From Aliivibrio fischeri ES114 (GTDB lineage: Bacteria; Pseudomonadota; Gammaproteobacteria; Enterobacterales; Vibrionaceae), in NCBI RefSeq assembly GCF_000011805.1, contig NC_006840.2: a stretch of DNA of 32,000 nt; one strand, 5' to 3'. Positions 16,490-26,806 of this stretch are shown here, piece after piece. A program made the translations under genes and the position numbers. Numbering within the stretch: the stretch's first letter is position 1; each line of letters begins with the position of its first letter. The notes beneath the pieces were generated by a model. That model did no database searches, was not told where the DNA came from, and was given only the letters and a program-made list of their open reading frames with translations.

Positions 16490-18385
16490 CTATGCTAAGT
16501 CCTCTAAACTAGAGCAAATAGAGACTTGGTTTCGTCCATTCGTTTTTGATTCATATAGAGCCAGATCTGCACACTTATAAGCGTCTTTTTTTGAATGACC
16601 TAAATCGGTTAGGCCGCCACTTATTGTTACGTGATATTCCTCTAATTGAGAGACAGCTACTCGCAATCTATTTACCACCATTTCGGCGTCCATCAACGTG
16701 GTATGAGGCATTATAATGGCAAACTCTTCCCCACCAATCCTAGCCACAAAATCCGTTTCTCGACTTCCATTATTTAAGATATCAGAAACTAAACGTATAA
16801 CTTGGTCACCAACGTCATGTCCTTTTGTATCATTAATTCGTTTAAACAGATCAATATCTAATATAGCAAGACAACACTGATGCGCTGGGTAATAACGCTG
16901 AGTTAATAAAGTCTGATTTTCTAATTCAAATTCAAATTTTCTACGATTCCAACAACCAGAAAGTACATCTTTTTCGCTTAAATAGCGCAATTCCTTTTCT
17001 AGCTCTTTACGCTTAGTAATATCAATGTAAGAAATAATATAATACTGAGTCGCTTTTCTTTTACTTTTAACAGATTGAATACGAACCAATAGACTTAGCT
17101 TTCTCTTATTTTTACTCAGTACATCTAGTTCCCCTTGCCAGGCACCAAGCTCTTCAACTTGCTTCCATGTAGTTAAACGTTTATCAATATTTTCGCTCTC
17201 AGATAGCAATACATCGAAAGTATTTTTTCCGATGACTTCATTTGCAGAGAAACCACTAATTGAAGTAAATGCTGGGTTCACCTTTAAAATTCTTCTATGT
17301 CTATCAGTGATAACAACAGCAGACATACCCTCTAATGCAGATTTAGCTAACTGACTTTCTAAATTAGAGTTATCCCAAAAACTAAGTAGAATCCCAAAAG
17401 GAATAACAATAAGACTTAATAATAGAAAAATAATTGCCGCTTCTTCCATTATTTCAACACGAATTAATTCAAATAAAACATTCACTTCATAAGTGGGGTA
17501 ATAGAGCAAAAAATACATTTTTTTATTTGGAATTTCTTTTTTCATATCAAAACGATAAAAAGAATAAATACCATCATCAAGTGATAAGCTTCCTTCTTTT
17601 TGCTTCGACATTACACTCCATAATGCAGGCTTTTGAATTTTTAGTGTTTTACCCACTCGTTCACTAACAAGATGACCAAGCATGTTCTGATTATCATCAG
17701 ATAAAAGATAATAGCCATCTTGATTTATCATGGCTGGTGAGATACTCAATGTAGGAGAGAACTTTACTACGTTGATAATGATGGATGCATTCAGCTCTGC
17801 AAGAATATATCCCTTTCTCTTCCCTGATATATCAATAGGTATAGCAACTTGCATTAGCGGCTCATAAACCCCAGAAACAGCTAATGCTTCATTTAATCTT
17901 ACGCCTTCAGAGAAAGCTTGCCCTTTAGGTAATAAAGTTAACTTATCAAGCAAAGAATGATTAACAGAAAGAGAAGTGGGGAGTTGTTTCACTGCTTGCT
18001 TATTATCATTTGAATAAACAATAGAAAGTAAATAATTTCCTTCATCATCAATGAGCTCTAATCGGGAAAAAAACTTTTCCAATACCACCAATTTCAACCA
18101 TGATGATTCGACAGTATTTGTTACTCTTTCTGAAGGATGTATAAAATAATCATATAAAGGTCGACTATCAGCAAGAAGCTCTAATGTATTAGATATCCGG
18201 TTCGATAACTCATTAAATTCATTATGTGTATAAGCTAATTGACGTGTTGATTCACTCTGAATTTGTTCAACGGCAACCAATTTCTTTTTTTGATAATCAC
18301 TATATAGATATAAAAAAATAAATAAGGAAAATATCATATATACAGCAGCTGAATAAGTTACAGCTTTCGTTTTTTTATAATGCAT
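16490..18385 (-). CDS. Membrane sensor diguanylate cyclase (TM - periplasmic Cache-like domain - TM - PAS - GGDEF)
   Basis: 631 aa. Hydrophobic segments lie at about aa 10-28 and about 313-335, flanking a roughly 280-aa extracytoplasmic region. PAS-like region (MSAVVITDRHRRILKVNPAFTSISGFSANEVIGKN). The GGDEF domain has an active-site GGEEF and an RxxD I-site (RETD) 5 residues upstream. Confidence 0.9.
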   Translation of the reverse strand: MHYKKTKAVTYSAAVYMIFSLFIFLYLYSDYQKKKLVAVEQIQSESTRQLAYTHNEFNELSNRISNTLELLADSRPLYDYFIHPSERVTNTVESSWLKLVVLEKFFSRLELIDDEGNYLLSIVYSNDNKQAVKQLPTSLSVNHSLLDKLTLLPKGQAFSEGVRLNEALAVSGVYEPLMQVAIPIDISGKRKGYILAELNASIIINVVKFSPTLSISPAMINQDGYYLLSDDNQNMLGHLVSERVGKTLKIQKPALWSVMSKQKEGSLSLDDGIYSFYRFDMKKEIPNKKMYFLLYYPTYEVNVLFELIRVEIMEEAAIIFLLLSLIVIPFGILLSFWDNSNLESQLAKSALEGMSAVVITDRHRRILKVNPAFTSISGFSANEVIGKNTFDVLLSESENIDKRLTTWKQVEELGAWQGELDVLSKNKRKLSLLVRIQSVKSKRKATQYYIISYIDITKRKELEKELRYLSEKDVLSGCWNRRKFEFELENQTLLTQRYYPAHQCCLAILDIDLFKRINDTKGHDVGDQVIRLVSDILNNGSRETDFVARIGGEEFAIIMPHTTLMDAEMVVNRLRVAVSQLEEYHVTISGGLTDLGHSKKDAYKCADLALYESKTNGRNQVSICSSLEDLA

Positions 18386-18453
18386 ACTTTACCTTATGAT
18401 TTCATGAATAGCCCGCGGTACGAAATTCTATATAATCATTTTATATTACACAA

Positions 18454-18480
18454 GATAAAATAAAACCCTTCTGAGAAGGG
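18454..18480 (-). terminator. Probable terminator after ilvH
   Basis: On the minus strand: CCCTTC-TCA-GAAGGG (6-bp stem) followed by TTTTATTTTATC, 38 nt after the ilvH stop. Confidence 0.5.
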
Positions 18481-18517
18481 CTTTATTTATAGGATAAAGA
18501 CTCTTAGTTAAATACAA

Positions 18518-19012
18518 TTATACCTTTAACGCTTTGTCTCCACGCGCAATACCAACCACGCCGCTTCGAGCAACTTCCACCACATCAGTCACTTCTGATA
18601 CAGCTGAAATAAATGCATCTAACTTTTCAGAGGTACCCGCTAATTGAATCGTATAAAGCGAGCTTGTTACATCTACAATTTGGCCTCGGAAAATATCAGC
18701 GGTACGTTTAACTTCCGCTCGAGCAAAACCACTTGCTTTTACTTTTACCAATAATAATTCACGCTCAACATAATCAGCCTCTGTCACTTCTTGAACTTTG
18801 ATGACATCGATTAATTTATGGAGTTGCTTTTGAATTTGCTCTAACTCCATAGCATCACTGGCTGTTGTAATATTTAATCGTGACAATGTCTGATCTTCAG
18901 TTGGAGATACCGTTAAAGATTCAATGTTGTATCCACGCTGAGAAAATAGGCCGACAACACGTGATAAAGAACCCGGTTCATTCTCTAATAATAGTGAAAT
19001 AATATGTCTCAT
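18518..19012 (-). CDS. ilvH: Acetolactate synthase III, small (regulatory) subunit
   Basis: 164 aa. [35 protein letters not shown] (ACT domain) closely matches IlvH. Its start overlaps the ilvI stop (TAATG). Confidence 0.95.
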   Translation of the reverse strand: MRHIISLLLENEPGSLSRVVGLFSQRGYNIESLTVSPTEDQTLSRLNITTASDAMELEQIQKQLHKLIDVIKVQEVTEADYVERELLLVKVKASGFARAEVKRTADIFRGQIVDVTSSLYTIQLAGTSEKLDAFISAVSEVTDVVEVARSGVVGIARGDKALKV

Positions 19013-20733
19013 TAGGTTCTCTCCGTTTTACTTAGCCACATTTTATCCATTGCTTCCCCTTTAATTTGCATTGGGTAAACGTGCTCTGTTTCATCAACAT
19101 TAATATCCACAAACACAAGGCGATCTTTTAGAGAAAGAGCCTTCTCTAGACCTGACTCCAGCTCATCAGGGTGATTAATACGAATTCCTACATGACCATA
19201 TGCCTCAGCAATTGCGGCAAAATCAGGAACTGAACTCATATAAGAATTGGAATGGCGACCTTGGTAAATAATATCTTGCCACTGCTTCACCATTCCTAAG
19301 AAACGGTTATTCAAATTAATGATTTTCACAGGGATATCGTATTGCAATGCGGTAGATAGCTCCTGAATATTCATCTGAATACTGCCATCACCAGTCACAC
19401 AAACCACCACTTCATCAGGATGAGTAAATTTAACCCCTAGAGCTGCTGGTAAACCGAACCCCATGGTTCCTAGTCCACCAGAATTAATCCAACGACGTGG
19501 CTTATTAAATGGGTAATACAAAGCAGCAAACATCTGATGCTGTCCAACATCGGAAGCGACATAAGCATCACCATTGGTTAATTTATGAAGCGTTTCGATA
19601 ACCTGCTGTGGTTTAATACGATCAGGAGAGGTTTCATAAGCCAAGCAATTACGCTCTTGCCAAACTCCAATTTCTTCCCACCATGTTGCTAAGGCTGCCT
19701 CATCGTTTGTTCCTCCCTGCTCCACTAACAGCTTAAGCATAGAATCAAGAACAATCTCCGCAGAGCCAACAATTGGAACATCAACTCGAACATTCTTTGA
19801 AATCGACGAGGGATCAATGTCGATATGCATGATCGTGGCGTTCGGGCAGTATTTTTCTAAGTTATTGGTGGTTCTATCATCAAAACGAACCCCAACACCA
19901 AAAATAAGATCTGCGTTATGCATAGCCATATTAGCTTCATACTTACCATGCATACCTAACATGCCAAGTGCATTTTTATGAGTGCCAGGAAAAGCTCCCA
20001 ATCCCATCAAGGTACTTACAACAGGTAAATTAAGAGTCTCAGCTAATTTTAGTATTTGTTTTTCTGCAGAAGAAATTATCGCGCCACCGCCAACATACAA
20101 AACAGGCTTCTTAGCCTCTAATAATGTTTTTAATCCTTTTTTAATCTGTCCTTTATGACCAGATGTTGTTGGATTATACGAACGCATCTTCATGGATTCA
20201 GGGTATTGATATGAAAACTTAATAGCAGGGTTCATTACATCTTTCGGGATATCAATAACCACGGGACCTGGACGGCCAGTAGAAGCAATATAAAAGGCTT
20301 TTTTAAGGGTTTCAGGGATATCTTCGGCTTTCTTAACTAAGAAGCTGTGCTTGACTACAGGTCGAGAGACTCCAACCATGTCACACTCTTGGAAAGCATC
20401 GTTACCGATCATATTAGTAGGAACGTTACCAGAAAGAACAACCATTGGTATTGAGTCCATATAAGCGGTAGCGATACCCGTAATGGTATTGGTAGCACCA
20501 GGACCAGAACACACAAGAACGACACCTGGCTTTCCTGTTGCTCTTGCATAGCCATCAGCCATATGCGTAGCTGCTTGCTCATGTCTTACAAGTACATGCT
20601 GAATCACATCACTTTTCATGTGCAACGCATCATATATATCCAACACAGAGCCACCAGGGTAGCCAAATATGTGTTCAACACCTTCATCAATCAGAGATTG
20701 TACGATCATCTCTGAACCAGATAACATTTCCAT
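19012..20733 (-). CDS. ilvI: Acetolactate synthase III, large (catalytic) subunit
   Basis: 573 aa. [37 protein letters not shown], plus a ThDP-binding motif region ([14 protein letters not shown]). Confidence 0.95.
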   Translation of the reverse strand: MEMLSGSEMIVQSLIDEGVEHIFGYPGGSVLDIYDALHMKSDVIQHVLVRHEQAATHMADGYARATGKPGVVLVCSGPGATNTITGIATAYMDSIPMVVLSGNVPTNMIGNDAFQECDMVGVSRPVVKHSFLVKKAEDIPETLKKAFYIASTGRPGPVVIDIPKDVMNPAIKFSYQYPESMKMRSYNPTTSGHKGQIKKGLKTLLEAKKPVLYVGGGAIISSAEKQILKLAETLNLPVVSTLMGLGAFPGTHKNALGMLGMHGKYEANMAMHNADLIFGVGVRFDDRTTNNLEKYCPNATIMHIDIDPSSISKNVRVDVPIVGSAEIVLDSMLKLLVEQGGTNDEAALATWWEEIGVWQERNCLAYETSPDRIKPQQVIETLHKLTNGDAYVASDVGQHQMFAALYYPFNKPRRWINSGGLGTMGFGLPAALGVKFTHPDEVVVCVTGDGSIQMNIQELSTALQYDIPVKIINLNNRFLGMVKQWQDIIYQGRHSNSYMSSVPDFAAIAEAYGHVGIRINHPDELESGLEKALSLKDRLVFVDINVDETEHVYPMQIKGEAMDKMWLSKTERT

Positions 20734-20946
20734 ATCGTTCTCCAGACACTGAAAACCTTAAAGCAGTCGACGTGAATTATCGCTAAATTAACGGTTTTAC
20801 ATAGTTAGGGCTTATTTTTAGCCTAAACTGAAATTAATTAGATTAAATTCCTATGTAGGTGGCAAATATAGGTAACAAAACCACCTTTTACGAAACAACT
20901 TTAACCTTTTATTAGCACTCAGGTCTAGGGGAAATTTTAACCAAAT

Positions 20947-20977
20947 AAAAAAAGCCAACTCTTTCGAGTTGGCTTTT
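20947..20977 (-). terminator. Rho-independent terminator after the long-chain acyl-CoA synthetase gene
   Basis: On the minus strand: GCCAACTC-GAAA-GAGTTGGC (8-bp stem, extendable by A-T pairs) followed by T7, 30 nt after the stop codon. Confidence 0.8.
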
Positions 20978-21006
20978 ATTGATTAAATCATATTTAGAGT
21001 TTGATA

Positions 21007-22845
21007 TTACTTATCTTTCTTCTCTTTTTTCTCATCGTACATTTCTTCAATCTCGTCTTGATAACGCTCATTGATTACTTTACGACGCAGTTTTTGTGTT
21101 GGTGTCAACTCACCTTTATCCATCGAGAACTCTTTGGATAAAAGGGTAAATTTCTTCACTTGCTCAAAACGCGCTAACTCTTTTTGTAGGTTAGCCACAC
21201 GCTTTTCAAGCATTTCAACAATTTCACTGTGTTTAATCAGTTCCATGCGATCGTGGTAAGCAATATTTAGCTCTTTTGCATACTCTTCTAATGCGTCATA
21301 ACAAGGAACAATTAACGCAGATACGAATTTACGCGTATCAGCAATAACAGCAATCTGTTCAATAAAGTGATCCTTACCAATTGCCCCTTCAATAACTTGA
21401 GGTGCAATGTATTTACCACCAGAGGTTTTCATTAACTCTTTAATACGGTCAGTAATGTATAAGTTGCCATCGGCATCAAACTCACCAGCATCACCGGTTT
21501 TTAAGAAACCATCTTCAGTGAAGTTGCTCTCTGTTTCTTCTGGCTTATTGTAATACCCTTTCATCACCATTGGGCCACGAACTAGGATTTCACTATTTTC
21601 ACCAATCTTAACTTCAGCGCCCGGCATCAGCGTACCAATGGAATCAGGATGAAATTTACCATCTTCCCAGCATGAAATCGTAGCGGTGGTTTCTGTCATG
21701 CCATAGCCTAACTTTACATTCACTCCAAGAGCATGGAAGAAACGACCAATAGTCACATCCAGCTTAGCGCCACCACATGGCATAAAGTTAATATTACCAC
21801 CTAAGATCATGCGAAGTTTTGATAGAACTAACTTATCTGCAACCTTATACGATTGCTTCAATATCCATGATGGTTCTCGACCTTCTTGCTGGCAAGCTGA
21901 CATCTTAGCGCCCATATTGACTGCCCAAGTAAACATCACTTTACGATGTGCAGGAGCTCTAGATACTTTTTCATGAACCGTTGAGAAAATCTTCTCATAG
22001 AAGCGTGGAACCGCACACATAACAGTAGGCTTAACCTCTGTTAAGGCTTCTTTGATTAGGTTTGTATTTGGTAGGTAGCAGTTAGTTGCTCCTTTGTACA
22101 AAACATAAAAAGTCCACGCACGTTCAAATACATGTGATAAGGGTAAAAAACACAAAGAAACGTCTTGCTCTGTTAACGCTAAGCGAGTGTTATGTCCTTC
22201 TAATTGAGAAGCAATGTTTTCATAATCTAACATTACCCCTTTAGGCTCACCCGTGGTTCCTGATGTATAGATTAACGTTATAAGATCATCCATTTTTGCT
22301 TCATCAAGGCGAGTTAATAGCTCGCTTTGATGTGCTTCATCAGCTTTTGCAATAAAGTCATTCCATGAAATACCCGCTTCATGATCGTTTAAATCGATAT
22401 CATCACTTAAAGCAACAATATGAGTTAATTGCGGACACTGTTCGAAAATAACAACAGCAGCGTTATATTGTGCTTGTTCACCAACAAACAAAATACGAAT
22501 ATCCGCATCGTTAATAATGTATGCGGCTTGCGTTGGCGTATTTGTTGGATAAATAGGAACGGGTACTGAACGTAATTGCATTGAGGCAAAATCAGCAACT
22601 GTCCAACGAGGCATGTTATTAGAGAAAATTCCTACTTTTTCTTGTACTTTCAATCCATGGGCAAGTAAAGCTAATGATAGCTTATCCATTTGCTCACCAA
22701 ATTCTCCCCACGTAATATCACTCCATGCAGAGCATTGCGTATCAATTAAAATACTGCATTGACGCTCACGCATTGCCGTGTCATTTGGCTTATTTGCGAT
22801 ATGTTGTCGGATCTCTTTTACAATATGTAGGTTTTGAATAGTCAT
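21007..22845 (-). CDS. Long-chain acyl-CoA synthetase (AMP-forming, ACSL-like family)
   Basis: 612 aa. [17 protein letters not shown]-binding motif, plus [15 protein letters not shown] and [18 protein letters not shown]. Length and motif spacing resemble the ACSL-type enzymes rather than the classical 560-aa FadD. Confidence 0.85.
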   Translation of the reverse strand: MTIQNLHIVKEIRQHIANKPNDTAMRERQCSILIDTQCSAWSDITWGEFGEQMDKLSLALLAHGLKVQEKVGIFSNNMPRWTVADFASMQLRSVPVPIYPTNTPTQAAYIINDADIRILFVGEQAQYNAAVVIFEQCPQLTHIVALSDDIDLNDHEAGISWNDFIAKADEAHQSELLTRLDEAKMDDLITLIYTSGTTGEPKGVMLDYENIASQLEGHNTRLALTEQDVSLCFLPLSHVFERAWTFYVLYKGATNCYLPNTNLIKEALTEVKPTVMCAVPRFYEKIFSTVHEKVSRAPAHRKVMFTWAVNMGAKMSACQQEGREPSWILKQSYKVADKLVLSKLRMILGGNINFMPCGGAKLDVTIGRFFHALGVNVKLGYGMTETTATISCWEDGKFHPDSIGTLMPGAEVKIGENSEILVRGPMVMKGYYNKPEETESNFTEDGFLKTGDAGEFDADGNLYITDRIKELMKTSGGKYIAPQVIEGAIGKDHFIEQIAVIADTRKFVSALIVPCYDALEEYAKELNIAYHDRMELIKHSEIVEMLEKRVANLQKELARFEQVKKFTLLSKEFSMDKGELTPTQKLRRKVINERYQDEIEEMYDEKKEKKDK

Positions 22846-23032
22846 CTCGTATCACCTTTAGGCTTACAGGTGTAAGCTATAATCTGCACAAAGTGTACAA
22901 TTGGTGACAAAAAAGGCAACTGTTTCTCAGTATAAAATGTAAGTATTGTTGTGTGAAACCCATTTCAGAGAACCACAATTAACAACTTTATTATTAATAA
23001 TCTACATTTTCGTTATATCGAATAATGTGTTT

Positions 23033-23063
23033 AAAAAAAAGGTTACGTAAAATACGCAACCTT
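23033..23063 (-). terminator. Probable terminator after leuO
   Basis: On the minus strand: AAGGTTGCG-TATTTTA-CGTAACCTT (one mismatch) followed by T8, about 30 nt after the leuO stop. Confidence 0.6.
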
Positions 23064-23091
23064 TTTCCATTATTGTGTCTATTTTAAAGGC

Positions 23092-24063
23092 TTAAAACAT
23101 CATGCCTTTGCTTGATGCAACCACTTCTTCACCACAAATAAGCATCAATTGATCTCTCATCCAAATATGACCTTTGTCTTTTTGGTAAGAGTCGTGCCAG
23201 CTTAAATAGCCACTAATGCCTTTTGACTCAATTGGCAGTGGTAACACCATTAATTGATCACGATTTGGCATTGAGTTCACTAACCATTTTGGCGCTACAG
23301 TGATCAGTTCTGATTGAGAAACAACATACAAAATATTACTAATGCTTGCGCCTTTATAAGCTTGCTCATACAAAGAATCCACATACAGGTGATCTGCAAA
23401 ACCTTTAGTATTTGCGATACGAGCTGGAACCGCATGTTTTTCGCTTGCTAATTGTTCTTTGTTGATACCGTTCTGAAGTCGAGGGTGATTAACAGAAGCA
23501 ACCACAACTAACTCATCAGTAAATAGCTCTGTACTCATAAAACCAGGTTCGTCGAATCGAACGTAATCGATAACAAAATCCACTTCTTGATAACGCAGCT
23601 TTTGAGCAATGTCTGGTTCATGTTCACCAGAAAGCTTTAAGCTAATATGCGGCGCTTTATTTTGAATATCTTTCATGATGCGTGGTGCAAAACGAATGTC
23701 TGATGGGCTGCAAATAGATAGCTTAAATTGTCTCATCGATGTTTCAGGTGAGAATGTTGAGCTTGGTAATTCGTTTTTAACCAATTGAAGCGCCTGACGC
23801 ATCGGTGCAAATAGCTGACGAGCACGTTGTGTCGGTTGAATACCACGGCCATGACGAATGAATAATTCATCATTAAACATTAATTTTAAACGTGATACCG
23901 CATTACTTACTGCTGGCTGTGACATACCTAAGTTTTGTGCTGCTCTTGTTATATTTTGTTCTTGCATTACCGCATCAAAAACAGTCAATAAGTTAAGATC
24001 AACACCACGTAGTATTTGTTCTGTACGTGCAACAGAAGATAAAGAAGTTTCAGGCGTATTCAT
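23092..24063 (-). CDS. leuO: LysR-family global regulator LeuO
   Basis: 323 aa. VDLNLLTVFDAVMQEQNITRAAQNLGMSQPAVSNAVSRLKLMFNDELFIRHGRGIQPTQRARQLFAPMRQALQLVKNELP is near-identical in pattern to E. coli LeuO as I recall it. It is located next to ilvIH. Confidence 0.85.
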   Translation of the reverse strand: MNTPETSLSSVARTEQILRGVDLNLLTVFDAVMQEQNITRAAQNLGMSQPAVSNAVSRLKLMFNDELFIRHGRGIQPTQRARQLFAPMRQALQLVKNELPSSTFSPETSMRQFKLSICSPSDIRFAPRIMKDIQNKAPHISLKLSGEHEPDIAQKLRYQEVDFVIDYVRFDEPGFMSTELFTDELVVVASVNHPRLQNGINKEQLASEKHAVPARIANTKGFADHLYVDSLYEQAYKGASISNILYVVSQSELITVAPKWLVNSMPNRDQLMVLPLPIESKGISGYLSWHDSYQKDKGHIWMRDQLMLICGEEVVASSKGMMF

Positions 24064-24334
24064 GTATTACTCTCTCAGCAATTAATCATTATCATAAAGA
24101 AAACGATTACATACATTTTATTTTTGTTATAGATATTGAACAGACGTATGTTAATCGAACTTCAATTATCATTACTGAATAGATTTACAAAATCCATAGC
24201 ATGTTAATTATTTTAATTTTAATTTATGCTTAATTGTTTTTAAGTGCTACATAAGCTTTTTTATTCAAACAGTTAACTAAAAATATAAATTAATCTAAAT
24301 ATTGAAAATATGCGTATTTCAAGACAATAGGTAC

Positions 24335-24360
24335 AAAAAAGCCATACAAGGTGTATGGCT
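24335..24360 (-). terminator. Rho-independent terminator after metL
   Basis: On the minus strand: AGCCATACA-CCT-TGTATGGCT followed by TTTTTTG, about 30 nt after the metL stop. Confidence 0.8.
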
Positions 24361-24388
24361 TAATAAATATGCATAAGGTTAAATGATG

Positions 24389-26806
24389 TTAAAACAGCGA
24401 AGCAATACGATTTAAATCAGATTGAATCGCACCTGCAGTCACCTCTCGTCCAGCTCCTGGGCCTCGAATAACCAGTGGATTATCTTTATACCATTTGCTC
24501 TCTATGGCAAAAATATTATCGCATGGTAGTAGATTGGCTAATGCGTGATATTCAGGTAATGCCTCGATTCCAACCGTTGCGCTACCGTCTTTATTTAAAC
24601 GAGCCACATAGCGTAATACTTTCTGTTCTTTCTGAGCTTTTGTTAATCGTTCAAGCAATAATTCATTAATCACCTCACCTTGAGACAGAAAATCATCAAG
24701 ACAGGTTTCTAATAATTCACTAGGAACAAGTGATTCAACTTTTACCTGATTTGGCTCAATATGAAGCCCGGCTTCACGAGCAAGGATCACCAATTTGCGC
24801 ATGACATCTGAACCATCAAGATCGTGTCTTGGATCCGGTTCAGTCAACCCTTGTTGCCAAGCCAAATCTACTAATTCAGTAAAAGGAACATCGCCATTAT
24901 ATTGCTGAAACAGCCACGATAACGTACCAGAGAAAATGCCCGATAATGCGATAATTTCATCACCACTTTCACGAAGATCTCTTACGGTATGATTAATAGG
25001 TAAGCCTGCTCCAACGGTTGCATTATATAACCAGTGACGCGATGTTTTAGCAAAAGCATCAATTACCGCTTGATAATCAGCACTTGGCGCTGAGCCAGCA
25101 ACTTTATTCGCTGAGATCAGATGCATTCCTTGTTCTGCAATTTTTGAATATCGATTAGCAAGATCAGCACTTGCCGTTACATCTAAAACAACAACATCAT
25201 CATAACCTTGAACGGCACCGACTTTTTCAATCCAATCAAAATCCGTATAGTTTGTTGCTTCATCATCAAACTTAGCAACCACCTCAGTACTGTTTAACCC
25301 ATCAAAATCAAGCCAACAACGTTCTCTATCGACAACACCAATGAGTGAAAACTGCATTCCATGACGCTTTTCAAGTTGACGTTTTTGTTGAGTAAATAGT
25401 GATAACCATTGAGAACCAATATTTCCATGTCCACACAGGATCAATCCCACTCGTTTTTGCGCTTGGAATAAGCTGTTATGAATGGCATTAATGATCGATG
25501 AGGTATCAACTTTACGTAAAATAGCGACAAGACTTAAGCCCGATTCTGATGCGTACACAAATTCAAGAGGGCAATTTTTCAATTGATGATAAAAACCATG
25601 ACTGTGAATAGCATTCGCTGTAACCCCCGCGCCAACAGCAGCAACCATTGAATAGCCTTCTTTTAGCTTAATTTCAGCATGTACCGCTGAGTTTTGTAGC
25701 ACTTCTAACGCTTCATTCACGACTTCAGAAGTATAAGCGAGCAATAATGTAAACTGATCAGCTTGAGGCTCTAAGGCCAGTGGTTGCAGTTGAGAACGAG
25801 TAAGTAAAGAAAGAACCTCTTGTTGAGCGCGTTCAAAATATTGTCCACGACCAAAGCCAAGCTGAATCAAATAAACATCTTCTAATGACGTAACAATTTT
25901 TGCACCTCGCCCAGAAGCCAATACACGCTCGATTCGGGTTGAACCAGATTCAGGTTGATAACTGCAACGTAAACTCAAATCTAATGCACTTTGAGCTACA
26001 GGTTGTAATGTTCTACTGTGCAATACAGGAGCGGCTAAACGAGCTAATTCACTCGCTTCATCTAATCTTAATAATGGCAGTAAGCACGCATCCTCCACTT
26101 TTCTAGGATCCGCACTGAACACGCCAGCAACATCACTCCAGATAGTAACGCATGACACCTCTCCAAGGACACCAATCATGGTTGCCGAATAATCAGAACC
26201 ATTTCGACCAAGAAGTACGGTTTCTCCTCTTTGATTACGGGCCATAAAACCAGTAATCACAATTCGTCCATGCGGATGCTGAGCGACCTGCTCTTTAAAC
26301 AAAGGCCAAGACTGCACACGATCCACTTCAGGTTGTGCTGCTCGCTCTGCCCTTAGAAACGTTCGAGAATCAAGAGGAGCTGCTTGTAAATCGATTTGAT
26401 TTAAATACGCAGAAAGCAACCTTGAAGACCACACTTCACCATGACCTAATACATCAGCTTGCTGCACCTCTGTTAACGGCGCATGTAATTGCCCTATCGC
26501 AATCAATTCTTGGTATAAAACGGTCAATAAAGGTTCTGCATTCTCAGCAGACAGTAATTCGGTTATCAACCCTTGTTGGTATGTACGTAAAGACTCTAAT
26601 GTTTCATGAGCTAAGCGCCCATCTTTAGATAGGTCATCGATCCATTCTAAAATACGGTTTGTTGTATTACCTGCAGCAGAAACAACAATCAGATCATGTT
26701 CATTTGAGTATTCTTTTAAGATGGTGGCAACTCGGCGATAGCACTCTGGATCAGCCAAGCTGCTACCACCAAATTTATGTAATTGACGTGAACAAGGTAT
26801 TGTCAT
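24389..26806 (-). CDS. metL: Bifunctional aspartokinase II / homoserine dehydrogenase II
   Basis: 805 aa. QLHKFGGSSLAD near the N-terminus, LLGRNGSDYSAT and IWSDVAGV(F/Y)SADPRKV (aspartokinase), and a C-terminal LYNATVGAGLPINHTVRDL...NPLVIRGPGAGREVTAGAIQSD (homoserine dehydrogenase). It is collinear with E. coli MetL. Its start overlaps the metB stop (TAATG). Confidence 0.93.
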   Translation of the reverse strand: MTIPCSRQLHKFGGSSLADPECYRRVATILKEYSNEHDLIVVSAAGNTTNRILEWIDDLSKDGRLAHETLESLRTYQQGLITELLSAENAEPLLTVLYQELIAIGQLHAPLTEVQQADVLGHGEVWSSRLLSAYLNQIDLQAAPLDSRTFLRAERAAQPEVDRVQSWPLFKEQVAQHPHGRIVITGFMARNQRGETVLLGRNGSDYSATMIGVLGEVSCVTIWSDVAGVFSADPRKVEDACLLPLLRLDEASELARLAAPVLHSRTLQPVAQSALDLSLRCSYQPESGSTRIERVLASGRGAKIVTSLEDVYLIQLGFGRGQYFERAQQEVLSLLTRSQLQPLALEPQADQFTLLLAYTSEVVNEALEVLQNSAVHAEIKLKEGYSMVAAVGAGVTANAIHSHGFYHQLKNCPLEFVYASESGLSLVAILRKVDTSSIINAIHNSLFQAQKRVGLILCGHGNIGSQWLSLFTQQKRQLEKRHGMQFSLIGVVDRERCWLDFDGLNSTEVVAKFDDEATNYTDFDWIEKVGAVQGYDDVVVLDVTASADLANRYSKIAEQGMHLISANKVAGSAPSADYQAVIDAFAKTSRHWLYNATVGAGLPINHTVRDLRESGDEIIALSGIFSGTLSWLFQQYNGDVPFTELVDLAWQQGLTEPDPRHDLDGSDVMRKLVILAREAGLHIEPNQVKVESLVPSELLETCLDDFLSQGEVINELLLERLTKAQKEQKVLRYVARLNKDGSATVGIEALPEYHALANLLPCDNIFAIESKWYKDNPLVIRGPGAGREVTAGAIQSDLNRIASLF

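Noticed and set aside
20734-21006. Leader-peptide attenuator upstream of ilvIH
   Set aside because: The minus-strand leader has no short ORF rich in Ile/Leu/Val codons; the only ATG there is followed immediately by TAA. The hairpins present are weak. This fits protein-mediated (Lrp-type) control rather than attenuation.
17434-21259. Track ORFs 17434-17667 (+) and 21071-21259 (+), plus 15710-15925 (-)
   Set aside because: They are antisense to the diguanylate cyclase, the long-chain acyl-CoA synthetase and the GntR regulator respectively, with no independent support.
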